Assembly: GCA_038078215.1 (NCBI GenBank)
Contig: JBBUED010000033.1
Location: 6,696-39,894 of the forward strand
Length of the DNA stretch: 33,199 bases
Source of the DNA: Patescibacteria group bacterium
GTDB taxonomy: Bacteria > Patescibacteriota > Minisyncoccia > Phycocordibacterales > GWA1-40-21
Direction: 5' to 3'
Below the pieces are notes generated by a model. It saw only the letters and a list, made by a program, of their open reading frames with translations. It was not told the origin of the DNA and searched no databases. Below, piece by piece: positions 16,480 to 25,750 of this stretch. Made by a program: the position numbers and the translations under genes. Position 1 is the stretch's first letter. Each line of letters begins with the position of its first letter.

Positions 16480-16507
16480 AATTTAATCAAGCGCTTGATT
16501 TTAAATT
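16478..16507 (+). terminator. Palindrome/terminator candidate after rpoD
   Basis: AATCAAGC/GCTTGATT (16485-16500) is a perfect palindrome embedded in flanking A/T-rich complementary arms, followed by TTTAAATT. No clean T-run. Confidence 0.4.
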
Positions 16508-16580
16508 ATTTTAATGAGAAACTTTTTAAAGTAAAAATTGTTCTTTACTTATTTCATTTTTAAATGAGAGGAGGTGTTAA

Positions 16581-16919
16581 ATGTGTGAAGGTCCTGTTGT
16601 CGCGCCTGCGGGGAAAAAGGCAGTCAAAAAACAAAATTTTTTAAAGGAGGCTTTTAAAAAATTTTCGCAGAAAATTACCGGCCGCGGCTATTTCGTTCTC
16701 TTGAATCAATCTCTGGTTCACGCGTGCCTGAAGTGCGGGGATTTGAAGATTAATAATGAGTGGCAAAGAATCCCTTACCCTTATACAACCTCCATTAAAA
16801 ACGCCATGATGACCGGAGGAATTCTCGTCAATGGAGACTTCAGGGTCTGCGATTTTTGCGTTTCTATGCAAAAACAAAAAGAGGAGGAACGCATTTGCCC
16901 CGCTTTTGGACCGATCTAA
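16581..16919 (+). CDS. Hypothetical Cys-rich (zinc-ribbon-like) small protein
   Basis: The 112-aa ORF has a strong SD (GAGAGGAGGTG) upstream. It has two CxxC pairs (CLKCGD and CDFCVS) and is followed by a strong terminator. No family recognised. Confidence 0.6.
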   Translation: MCEGPVVAPAGKKAVKKQNFLKEAFKKFSQKITGRGYFVLLNQSLVHACLKCGDLKINNEWQRIPYPYTTSIKNAMMTGGILVNGDFRVCDFCVSMQKQKEEERICPAFGPI

Positions 16920-16950
16920 TCTTTGAGTTTTTAACAGCCAAGTCTTTATA

Positions 16951-16988
16951 AAAATCCCCGCTATGAATTTATTTGTAGCGGGGATTTT
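16951..16988 (+). terminator. Intrinsic terminator
   Basis: A 12-bp stem AAAATCCCCGCT/AGCGGGGATTTT (16951-16962 / 16977-16988) has a 14-nt loop. The 3' arm ends in TTTT. Confidence 0.7.
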
Positions 16989-17026
16989 AAATAAATAGGT
17001 CTTCTTTCGTGTTATAATTCACGCCA

Positions 17027-20000
17027 ATGAAAACCTCAAAATTTGAAGAATCATATAGAAAATTAAATCCTCGGCAGAAAGAGGCGGTGGATGCGATTGA
17101 GGGGCCGGTTATGGTGATTGCGGGACCCGGGACGGGGAAGACTTCAATCTTAACTCTTCGCATCGCCAATATTTTGGCGAAAACGGACTCCACACCCGAT
17201 AGCATTCTCGCGCTGACTTTCACGGAATCCGGAGTTCATTCAATGCGCGCGAAACTATCTGATATTATCGGCAGTGCGACTTACAAGGTGAACATCAATA
17301 CTTTCCACGGCTTTGCCAATGAAATTATAAAAAATTATCCGGAAGAATTTCCGAGAATAATCGGCTCCAACAATGCCACCGATATTGACCAAATTAAAAT
17401 CTTGGAAGAAATAATAGGCTCATCCAAGCTTCAGAAATTGAAACCTTACGGCGATTCTTATTATTATGTCCGTCCGATACTTTCTGAAATTAAAAATCTG
17501 AAAAGGGAAAATGTAAGCCCCGAAAAACTCGCCGAAATTGTCAAGGGGCAGGAGAAAAATTTTTCCGGCATAGAAGACTTGCATCACAAAAACGGCAAGT
17601 ATTCCGGAGAAATGAAAGGGAAGTACAAAGACATTGAAAAGAGTATTGAGAAAAATAAGGAACTTCTGACCGTCTACAAAAAATACGAAAAAGCTTTAAC
17701 GGAGAAAAGATTGTACGACTACGAAGATATGATACTTGAAGCGATAAAATCTCTGACGCGGGATAAAGGACTTCTCTTGGAATTGCAGGAGAAATATCAA
17801 TATATTTTGGCTGATGAGCATCAAGATGCCAACAATTCGCAAAATAAAATGCTTGAATTGATTTCCGGATTTCACGAAAATCCCAACTTATTCGTCGTCG
17901 GCGACGAAAAGCAAGCTATTTTTCGTTTCCAAGGAGCCTCCTTGGATAATTTCCTTTATTTCAAAAATATTTATCCTGACGCTTTGATTGTCAGGCTTGA
18001 CGACAATTACCGCTCAACCCAGACGATTCTTGACGCTTCGCACAGCCTTATTGGGAAAAATATTTTAAAGGATGAAAGTCTGCGGGTAGAGCTCAAAGCG
18101 AATGTCGGACATAAAAATGTCGCGCTGTCGGCCTATCCTTTCTCAAAATTCAGATACGAAATGGATTTTCTGGCCGATGACATTAACAAAAAAATTCAAG
18201 ACGGAATTAATCCTAACGAAATCGCGATTCTTCACAGGGAAAATAAAGACGCCGCCGATATTTCTCGCTCGCTCGCTAAAGCTGGAATACCGTTCGCCGT
18301 TGAGTCCGATGAAGATATTTTTTCGGACGAAGAGATTGTGAAGCTAATGATTATTATCCGTTCGCTAAATGATTTGAATAACGATGAATTTCTTTCTCGC
18401 GTTTTATGTTTTGATTTTTTTGACATTGATTATACGGATATTTTGAAAGTATTGCGTTACAACGGTTCAAAAAAGAACCGATTGACGGACACATTGAGAA
18501 GTGTGACTAACCTCAAAGAAGCCGGAGTTGAAAACCCGGAAAAAATAATTTCAGTTTTCAACAATTTATTGAAATGGAGCCGGCTTTCTCAAAATAAAAA
18601 TATTCTTGATTTTTTTGAGACTGTCATTCGGGATTCGGGATTTTTGAATCATCTGCTGTCTCTTCACAATTCCGCCCAAAAGCTGGCTCGGCTGGACACG
18701 CTATTTGAAGAGATAAAAAAGTTGGCGCAGAATCATAAAGACTATCGGCTCCGCGACTTCGTGAATTATCTGGACATACTGAAAAATCATAACATTTCCA
18801 TAAAATCCAACTCTAAAAAAGCGGGTAACAGAGGAGTGAGGATTATGACGGCCCATAAATCAAAAGGCCTTGAATACGAATATGTTTATATCGTCGGAGC
18901 CACAGATGGACATTGGGGCAACAAAAGAGAAATGAGAAGTTTTAAAATACCGATAAGCAGCGCTTCTGTTCCGTCAGGCGCGCAAATTGACGATGAAAGG
19001 CGTCTTTTCTATGTGGCTATGACGAGGGCCAAAAAAGAAGTCGCGATAACATATTCCTTAGAGGGGGAAAACGGCGAGAAACTTTTGCCTTGCCAGTTTA
19101 TCGGAGAAATTGAAAGTTCTCATATTAATGCGGTTGATACGAAAGATTACGAAGACAAATATTCGCAGAAAAAGGAATCTGTTTTTCTTGAAGCAAAAAA
19201 TACGGGAGCTGACATCAAAGACAAAGATTATCTAAAAAAGATTTTTTTTGAGCAGGGGCTTTCCGTAACCGCCGTCAATAATTATCTTAATTGCCCTTGG
19301 AATTATTTTTTCAATAATCTGATTCGTTTGCCAAAATCTTTGAGCAAACATCAGATGTACGGCACGGCGGTTCACGCCGCGCTTAGCCATTTTTTTGACA
19401 AATATAAAAATGATGAGGGTATGAGCCGGAAAGAATTTCTGAATCTGTTCGGAAATTATTTAATGAAACAACCTCTCTCGGATGTTGATTTTGAAGAATC
19501 GCTTGAGAAAGGCGAAAAGTCTTTGGGCGGATATTATGATTTTTATAAAGGGAAATGGAATAGGTCTATCATAAACGAATTTAATATCGGAGGAATTTTT
19601 TTGCCCATTGAAAAGACGGAAGATGGGGCGGAATCGGTTCTTCTCAAGGGAAAGCTGGATAAATTGGAAATTGACGAAGACGGAAAGGTCAATGTCGTTG
19701 ATTACAAAACTTCCAAGCCGAAAAGCCGAAATGAGATAGAGGGAAAGACCAAAAATTCAAAAGGCGATTACAAGCGCCAGCTCGTTTTTTATAAACTACT
19801 TTTAGATAACTATGAGAAAGGGAAATACGAAATGACTTCCGGTGAAATTGATTTCACCGAACCCGATGACGCGGGAAAGTATCACAAAGAAAAGCTGCCC
19901 ATATCAGAGAGCGATGTTCTGACTCTTACTCAAGATATAAAGAATATCGTTAAAGAAATCTCAACTTTCTCATTCTGGGACAAAAAATGCGACGAAAAGA

Positions 20001-20044
20001 ATTGCGAATACTGCGAGCTGCGAGCGATGATGGGACGGGCTTAA
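17027..20044 (+). CDS. UvrD/PcrA-type superfamily-1 helicase fused to a C-terminal PD-(D/E)XK (Cas4/AddB-like) nuclease with 4 Cys
   Basis: Helicase motifs are Walker A (AGPGTGKTS), motif II (ILADEHQDAN), VVGDEKQAIFRFQGA, NYRST, and TAHKSKGLEYEYV / YVAMTRAK. The C-terminal nuclease has NCPWNYF..., GKLDKLEI..VVDYKTSK, YKRQLVFYKLLL and terminal CDEKNCEYC (Cys...C-x5-C-x2-C). Confidence 0.88.
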   Translation: MKTSKFEESYRKLNPRQKEAVDAIEGPVMVIAGPGTGKTSILTLRIANILAKTDSTPDSILALTFTESGVHSMRAKLSDIIGSATYKVNINTFHGFANEIIKNYPEEFPRIIGSNNATDIDQIKILEEIIGSSKLQKLKPYGDSYYYVRPILSEIKNLKRENVSPEKLAEIVKGQEKNFSGIEDLHHKNGKYSGEMKGKYKDIEKSIEKNKELLTVYKKYEKALTEKRLYDYEDMILEAIKSLTRDKGLLLELQEKYQYILADEHQDANNSQNKMLELISGFHENPNLFVVGDEKQAIFRFQGASLDNFLYFKNIYPDALIVRLDDNYRSTQTILDASHSLIGKNILKDESLRVELKANVGHKNVALSAYPFSKFRYEMDFLADDINKKIQDGINPNEIAILHRENKDAADISRSLAKAGIPFAVESDEDIFSDEEIVKLMIIIRSLNDLNNDEFLSRVLCFDFFDIDYTDILKVLRYNGSKKNRLTDTLRSVTNLKEAGVENPEKIISVFNNLLKWSRLSQNKNILDFFETVIRDSGFLNHLLSLHNSAQKLARLDTLFEEIKKLAQNHKDYRLRDFVNYLDILKNHNISIKSNSKKAGNRGVRIMTAHKSKGLEYEYVYIVGATDGHWGNKREMRSFKIPISSASVPSGAQIDDERRLFYVAMTRAKKEVAITYSLEGENGEKLLPCQFIGEIESSHINAVDTKDYEDKYSQKKESVFLEAKNTGADIKDKDYLKKIFFEQGLSVTAVNNYLNCPWNYFFNNLIRLPKSLSKHQMYGTAVHAALSHFFDKYKNDEGMSRKEFLNLFGNYLMKQPLSDVDFEESLEKGEKSLGGYYDFYKGKWNRSIINEFNIGGIFLPIEKTEDGAESVLLKGKLDKLEIDEDGKVNVVDYKTSKPKSRNEIEGKTKNSKGDYKRQLVFYKLLLDNYEKGKYEMTSGEIDFTEPDDAGKYHKEKLPISESDVLTLTQDIKNIVKEISTFSFWDKKCDEKNCEYCELRAMMGRA

Positions 20045-20231
20045 ATTTTGGCGCGATTATTCCTTTCTTTCTTCTGTTTTCCGTTGGAGCGAGCATTCTC
20101 TTTTTAAAAGCCTTGCACAGGAAATTAGAAAATAACAACATTCTTATGTTGATTATTTTCTTGATTGACGAGCAGAAAAATTCGTCAGTCGACGAATATT
20201 TGTGCTTTTTAAAAGAGAATTTGAGCGATTT

Positions 20232-20951
20232 TTAATTCTTGCTGATAAGATCATCCAGAATCAACTTCATATTTATCGGTCCGCCGCTGAATGGAATGGC
20301 GCCTTCACTGATAGGGATTTTTTCGTATTTAGTGATTATGACAGTGTAAGGCGTTCCTTGTCCTCCGGCCGCCACCGCGTCTTTGTATTGTTTTTCAACC
20401 TTGTCGGCGTATCTGCCGCTATTCAGGCAAGTTTCAAATTCAGTCTTGTTCAGACCGTTTTCTTCCGCAATTTTCGGCAAAAGAGACAAATCCAAGCCAT
20501 TATTTGAAGGTGTTTTTTTGTATATGCCGTCTATATATTTCCAAAAGCCGTCATTGCCTCCGAGTTCCGCCGCGCACTCTGTCGCTTCCGCTTCTTTTCT
20601 GGCTTTGGAATGAAGTGTGTCTATCGGGAAATGTCTGTAAACCCAAGCCACCTTCCCGGTTTTGCCATAAGTATCTATAACTTTGTGCATAGTAGTGTGG
20701 AAATCTTTGCAGAAAGGACATTCGGTATCGGAAAATTCAACAATCATGATCGGCGCTTTCGGATTTCCCAAAATATGGTCGTCTGCAGTAACAGGTTCAA
20801 TCTGGATTTCACTTTTAGCGATTTTTGTTTCATCTGTTTTTACCGTGTCTGGCGATTTCTTGTTTGTTAAAAATAAAGCTCCGGCAATTAAAGCTCCAGC
20901 GACAACTATCGCCAAAGGAACAGTAAGAGCATTTCTTTTTTGTTCTTCCAT
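20232..20951 (-). CDS. DsbA-like thiol:disulfide oxidoreductase, membrane-anchored (second paralog)
   Basis: It has an N-terminal TM anchor, the active site ECPFC and a C-terminal GTPYTVI cis-Pro region. Confidence 0.85.
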   Translation of the reverse strand: MEEQKRNALTVPLAIVVAGALIAGALFLTNKKSPDTVKTDETKIAKSEIQIEPVTADDHILGNPKAPIMIVEFSDTECPFCKDFHTTMHKVIDTYGKTGKVAWVYRHFPIDTLHSKARKEAEATECAAELGGNDGFWKYIDGIYKKTPSNNGLDLSLLPKIAEENGLNKTEFETCLNSGRYADKVEKQYKDAVAAGGQGTPYTVIITKYEKIPISEGAIPFSGGPINMKLILDDLISKN

Positions 20952-21319
20952 TTTTTATAATTTAATTGATATTGAAAACAGTATAGCATGTCAAATTTCA
21001 CCTTCAAAATTTTCAATTCACAATTTTCATTGAATTTCCAATTCCTAAATTTTCAAACAATTGAAAATTGCTTCATTGGTAATTGATTGGAAATTAACAC
21101 AAATATACTTCTTTCTTTATTTTGACGAGCGAGGAGCGCCGCGAAAACTTCCGAGCTTTCATGGCATCCGAGCGAAGTCAAACTATAGTCTAATACTCGC
21201 GGTTTTGCTACGGCAATAGAACGAGCGGAGCGAGTTCTGATATTACCTAGGGACTTTGCCCCGAGGGACTATATTTTGCAACATAATAATGATAAAGTTT
21301 GAGCAATTAAAATATAAAT

Positions 21320-22108
21320 ATGTTATCCATTTCAATCTATAGTGGCGTGAGTGTTCTAATAGTCAGCCTTATTTCTTTTGTGGGGTTATTTTTTCTTTCT
21401 ATAAGCAACAAAATCCTTAAAAGCGTAATATTCATTTTGGTTAGTTTTTCCGTAGGCGCGCTTTTCGGAGATGCGTTCGTGCATCTCATACCCGAGGCGT
21501 TTGAAAGCCGAATTTCCGGTTCTGTAATTTCCGCCTTTATTCTTCTGGGAATAATTATTTTCTTCGTTCTTGAAAAATTCATCCATTGGCGGCACAGTCA
21601 TACTGAAGCCGATGAAGTCTGCGAAGATGACAAATGCGAATCTCATAGAGAAGAAAGGCCAATCAAACCGGCTGGCTATATGATACTTTTGAGCGATACC
21701 GCGCACAATTTTCTGGATGGAATAATTATCGCCGCGAGCTATATGGTAAGCGTTGAGGTCGGAATCACCACGACAATAGCCGTCATCCTTCACGAGATAC
21801 CTCAAGAAATAGGGCAGTTCGGCTTGCTTATGTACTACGGTTTTTCAAAATTCAAAGCTCTACTTTTCAATTTTTATTCCGCCCTCTCGGCAATTCTTGG
21901 AGCGGTCGTCGCTTTACTCCTTGGCAGTAAAATAGACGGGTTCACCCCTTTCATAATCTCTATCGCCGCCGGCGGATTCATCTATATTGCCGGCTCCGAC
22001 CTTGTCCCCGAAATCCACAAAACTTCCGACCCGAAAAAATCTACAATCCAATTTATTTCCATCCTCGGCGGCATCGCCCTAATGTTCGCGTTTTTGTTGA
22101 TAGAGTGA
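21320..22108 (+). CDS. ZIP-family divalent metal (zinc) transporter
   Basis: The protein is multi-pass and carries the signatures HNFLDGIIIAASY and HEIPQEIGQFGLL. It has a His/Cys/Glu-rich cytoplasmic loop (HWRHSHTEADEVCEDDKCESH). Confidence 0.85.
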   Translation: MLSISIYSGVSVLIVSLISFVGLFFLSISNKILKSVIFILVSFSVGALFGDAFVHLIPEAFESRISGSVISAFILLGIIIFFVLEKFIHWRHSHTEADEVCEDDKCESHREERPIKPAGYMILLSDTAHNFLDGIIIAASYMVSVEVGITTTIAVILHEIPQEIGQFGLLMYYGFSKFKALLFNFYSALSAILGAVVALLLGSKIDGFTPFIISIAAGGFIYIAGSDLVPEIHKTSDPKKSTIQFISILGGIALMFAFLLIE

Positions 22109-22259
22109 CTCATCAAAATTGTAAAAGTTACAACTCAAGGATAAATTATTTTTTTTATCGTATCCAATACTGCAGTATATACGCGATTATTCTATTCTAC
22201 CATTCGCGCGAATTAGAGATGAGAGATATGAGAGGCGCAAGATATTTTTCCTCAAAAAT

Positions 22260-22835
22260 CTAAAACGGCAGAGTGTGGGTGATTGAGCTTGAGTCTTCTT
22301 TTTCCCAATGGCTGGTGTCTAACTTGATGTCTTTTAATTCATTCCCGTCTTTGTATTTAAGGGAGCCGTTCTTGAGAGCGTAATCGTAAATTTCTTTAGT
22401 TATTTTCACGTCTTCCAGGCAGTATTTGATGATTTTATCTATCTCGCCGGTTTTCCACCAAGTGATGGCTTCAAGTCCGTGGCCGATTTTTTTCTTGCCG
22501 AGAGTCGCTTCGGAAATTGTGTCCAGCTTCATTCTTCTTCCGAGAGAATTTTTTATTTCTTTCATTATGTCCAGACTTTTAATTTTAGTTAAGTCGCCCG
22601 GGTAATATTTATTTAAGAGGGGAGTGTCAAAATGTTCCGAATTGTAGCCGATAAGCATATCGGCTTTTTCAATAATCGGCCAAAGGTTTTTAAAATCCTT
22701 CTCTAGATAACTGTTATATTGGTCAGTCGCGTAGTCATAAACGCAGACAACGGAAATATCCAAATCGGCAGGATCATTGCTCCCAGCTTCTTGAAATGTG
22801 TTTTTTGTTTCAATGTCAAATACTATTTTTCTCAT
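22260..22835 (-). CDS. DEDD-type 3'-5' exonuclease (RNase H-like fold, PolB-exonuclease-like)
   Basis: Exo motifs are present: FDIET (ExoI), LIGYNSEHFD (ExoII) and KYCLEDVKIT (ExoIII). It lies 52 nt downstream of hisS on the same strand. Confidence 0.65.
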   Translation of the reverse strand: MRKIVFDIETKNTFQEAGSNDPADLDISVVCVYDYATDQYNSYLEKDFKNLWPIIEKADMLIGYNSEHFDTPLLNKYYPGDLTKIKSLDIMKEIKNSLGRRMKLDTISEATLGKKKIGHGLEAITWWKTGEIDKIIKYCLEDVKITKEIYDYALKNGSLKYKDGNELKDIKLDTSHWEKEDSSSITHTLPF

Positions 22836-22887
22836 TTTTCATTTTACTTGGAAACGCGGAGACGAAACGTCCAAGCGGTTTTATTGT

Positions 22888-24201
22888 TTATTCTCGTTTA
22901 ATAAATGGCGAAATTTTTTCGGGTTTCAGAATCGTCTCTTCACCCGATTTTAGATTTTTCACTTTAAACTCTTTATTTTTAACTTCATTTTCACCGATGC
23001 AGACGACAAAAGGAATAAGATTTTTATCGGCGTATTTTATCTGATCGCCAGCTTTCTTGTTTGAATAATCAACGGAGACATTGAGACCTTCTTCTCTTAA
23101 TCTTTGCGCCAGTTTGTTCGCGTAATTCTGATATTTTTCTTCTAAGACGCAGATATAAAGTTCCGTGGCTGGCTTATATTTCGGCAAAAGATTGTAAGTT
23201 TCCAAAACATCTCGAGTTGTCACATCTCCCATTCCGAAACCAACCGCCGGAATTTTTTCCGCGCCGAATATGTTCAGCAAGTCGTCGTATCTTCCCCCGC
23301 CGAAAATAGCCCGTCTGTTTTCCGGATTGGCGTCAAAAATTTCAAACACTATGCCGGTGTAATAATCAAACCCTCGCATAAGCGTCGGACTGAATGTGAT
23401 GTTTTTGATTCCGATTTCAGCGAGCTTCTCCTGAAGCTCTTTTATTTCCAGCACACCTTGGTGCGAGCGAGCTTTTTCCGGCAGAAGAGAAATAAATTCA
23501 TTGAGGTTTTCTGAATGGAGCAGATTTAGAAGCTCGTCGCTTTTTTCACCGACAACGGAATGGATTTTATCGGCAAAATCTTCTCTGCTCACCTTGTCTT
23601 TTTTATCTATGATTTTTGAAACACTGTGAGATTCGGAAGGCGAGAGCGACAGGAAATCTTCCAATATATAATTCATAATTTTTCTGTCGTTCACTCTTAT
23701 CTCATAGTTATCATCTTTCAACCCGAACGCTTTCATTATCGTGTGAGCTATGGAAATAATTTCAATTTCCGCTTCAATTCCTTCCACTCCGAATATGTCG
23801 GCGTTCAGTTGCCAATGCTCGCGGAGCCGCCCTTTCTGCGGCTGTTCGTATCGGAAAAGATTGGGAATTGAATACCATCGCAAAGGGAAGGAGATTTCAC
23901 GCTTTTTCGCCACAACCAATCTCGCGACTGTCGGTGTCATCTCCGGACGCAAAGTCACTTCGCGCTCCCCGCGGTCTTTGAATGTGTAAGTTTGTTCGTT
24001 CACGATTTCATCGCCAGTCTTGGCTCGATAAAGGTCGGCCGGTTCTAGAATAGAAGCCCCGTATTCGCTATAACCGAAACTTTCAACCGCCTTTCTCATA
24101 ACTTCGAATATGTAATTTTGAACAAACATATCTTGCGGATAGAAGTCGCGGACGCCTTTGTAAGATTCGGTTCCAATTTTTTTGCTTGGTTTTTCCTCCA
24201 T
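22888..24201 (-). CDS. hisS: Histidine--tRNA ligase
   Basis: The class II aaRS motifs fit HisRS: LRPEMTPTVAR, FRYEQPQKGRLREHWQ and GGGRYDDL. A C-terminal anticodon-binding domain is present. Confidence 0.93.
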   Translation of the reverse strand: MEEKPSKKIGTESYKGVRDFYPQDMFVQNYIFEVMRKAVESFGYSEYGASILEPADLYRAKTGDEIVNEQTYTFKDRGEREVTLRPEMTPTVARLVVAKKREISFPLRWYSIPNLFRYEQPQKGRLREHWQLNADIFGVEGIEAEIEIISIAHTIMKAFGLKDDNYEIRVNDRKIMNYILEDFLSLSPSESHSVSKIIDKKDKVSREDFADKIHSVVGEKSDELLNLLHSENLNEFISLLPEKARSHQGVLEIKELQEKLAEIGIKNITFSPTLMRGFDYYTGIVFEIFDANPENRRAIFGGGRYDDLLNIFGAEKIPAVGFGMGDVTTRDVLETYNLLPKYKPATELYICVLEEKYQNYANKLAQRLREEGLNVSVDYSNKKAGDQIKYADKNLIPFVVCIGENEVKNKEFKVKNLKSGEETILKPEKISPFIKRE

Positions 24202-24247
24202 AATAAGCTAAATTCTAACCAATACGCGAGTAATAAACAAGCTTTGC

Positions 24248-24273
24248 GGAAGGTGGTAGGTAGTAGGTAAGAG
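24248..24273. repeat. 7-bp-periodic TAGG/CCTA array (3 units)
   Basis: In GGAAGGTGGTAGGTAGTAGGTAAGAG, AAGG/TAGG/TAGG start at 24250, 24257 and 24264. Read on the - strand, the CCTA array abuts the predicted hisS promoter. Confidence 0.6.
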
Positions 24274-24303
24274 TTGAAAGCATAAAGCGAAAAATGCAAA
24301 AAT

Positions 24304-25083
24304 ATGAAGCAGGTTTTAAACATTTATAAAAAAGCGGGGGAGACTCCGCTTGAAGCGATTAACCGTTTCCGCGCCGCTAATCCTGAATACCGAAATGTAA
24401 AAATAACTTACGCCGGACGGCTGGATCCGTTGGCGGAGGGTGTGCTAATACTTCTTGCGGGAGATGCTGTTTATGAAAAAGAAAAATATCTAAAGTTGGA
24501 CAAAGAATACGAAGCCGAAATATTATTCGGCTTTGAAACGGACACTTACGACATTTTGGGATTGCCGAAAAGAAATAAAAAAATAGAAAATTTAAAAAAA
24601 GAAAAATTAGCAGAGAGTCTGAAGGTTTTTATAGGAGCAAGCAAGATGCCGTTTCCGCCTTATTCTTCTTATAAAATAAAAGGCAAACCTCTTTTTCAAT
24701 GGACGAGAGAAGGGAAAATAAATGAAATAAAAATTCCGGAACGAAAAACGACTGTTTATGAAATAAAACTTTTGAGCCTAAAAAATATTTCCGGTCAAAA
24801 ACTACTGAAAAAAATTGAACAAAAAATAAACTTGGTAAAAGGCGATTTTCGCCAAAAAGAAATTCTAAAAGAGTGGCAAGAAAAAATGCTTCCTAATTTA
24901 AGCGATAGCAAAAATAAGGAAGCATTTTGGACGGCTAAAATTAAAATAAAATGTTCAAGTGGCACCTACATCCGTTCTATCGCCAATTATTTGGGCAAAA
25001 AAATGAAAACAGGCGGAGCTATCTTAAGCCTGACCAGAACAAAAGTAGGCGAGTTTGAAATAAAAGATTCTCTGCAGATTTAA
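24304..25083 (+). CDS. truB: TruB-family tRNA pseudouridine synthase
   Basis: It has the catalytic-Asp motif YAGRLDPLAEGVLILLAGD and C-terminal SGTYIRSIA. At 259 aa it is shorter than classical TruB. Confidence 0.75.
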   Translation: MKQVLNIYKKAGETPLEAINRFRAANPEYRNVKITYAGRLDPLAEGVLILLAGDAVYEKEKYLKLDKEYEAEILFGFETDTYDILGLPKRNKKIENLKKEKLAESLKVFIGASKMPFPPYSSYKIKGKPLFQWTREGKINEIKIPERKTTVYEIKLLSLKNISGQKLLKKIEQKINLVKGDFRQKEILKEWQEKMLPNLSDSKNKEAFWTAKIKIKCSSGTYIRSIANYLGKKMKTGGAILSLTRTKVGEFEIKDSLQI

Positions 25084-25092
25084 GACAAAAAT

Positions 25093-25141
25093 AAAAGGGT
25101 TCTATGAAAAAGATTTTTCAATCTTATCATAAAACCCTTTT
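25093..25141. terminator. Bidirectional terminator-like compound hairpin between convergent genes
   Basis: An outer 9-bp stem AAAAGGGTT/AACCCTTTT (25093-25101 / 25133-25141) encloses an inner stem AAGATT/AATCTT. A/T runs flank both sides. Confidence 0.5.
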
Positions 25142-25159
25142 TGACCCATTTTTCTGAAT

Positions 25160-25546
25160 CTAATTCATACTATTTTCAATACCTTTTTTTATTTCGGTCA
25201 GCTTCTTTTCCACCGTCTCCTTGATGGATTTGATGGAGTCCATGTATTGCTGTCCCCAGTCATAAACAACCACAATCCCTTCATTTTCATTCACAATTGA
25301 CCTATTATCACTTGATATAGTGATAATCCTCTGGTCCTGATTATTGCTATACCCAACGGTGGGATTTAATCTCTTGCTAATTGTCAATCTCAACAATTTC
25401 CTATCTTTCAAGTCTAGGATCAAGTCTAGACTTTCATTGGGACCCAATACCGTTTGTCCCAAAAAGTCCTTGTTTTTCAACAACTCCAATGTTCCAATTA
25501 ACAACCCAACATCGTCTGTTTTAATCTCAACTTTACTTTGAGCCAT
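25160..25546 (-). CDS. Hypothetical protein
   Basis: The 128-aa ORF has an SD-like AGAGAGG about 7 nt upstream. There are no TM segments and no family is recognised. Confidence 0.55.
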   Translation of the reverse strand: MAQSKVEIKTDDVGLLIGTLELLKNKDFLGQTVLGPNESLDLILDLKDRKLLRLTISKRLNPTVGYSNNQDQRIITISSDNRSIVNENEGIVVVYDWGQQYMDSIKSIKETVEKKLTEIKKGIENSMN

Positions 25547-25750
25547 TTTTTGCCTCTCTTTCTCTAAAAAAGTATTAAGATATATAGTTTAATGTACAAA
25601 TTTCTGAAATTTATCCTCTTAAAAGACTATCACAGTTAATCTTATTTGTCAATGATTTTAGTACCTGAATTTTTTCAAAAGACCAAGTAATGGCTCAACC
25701 AAGCCCTGTTACAAAGGTTAAAATATACCAACCAATCATTTATTTTTTTG

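Noticed and set aside
20202-21033. Four + strand ORFs (76-116 aa) across the second DsbA-like gene, and the 82-aa ORF 19987-20235 overlapping the helicase 3' end.
   Set aside because: They are antisense to or overlap well-supported genes. They have no recognisable domains or start signals.
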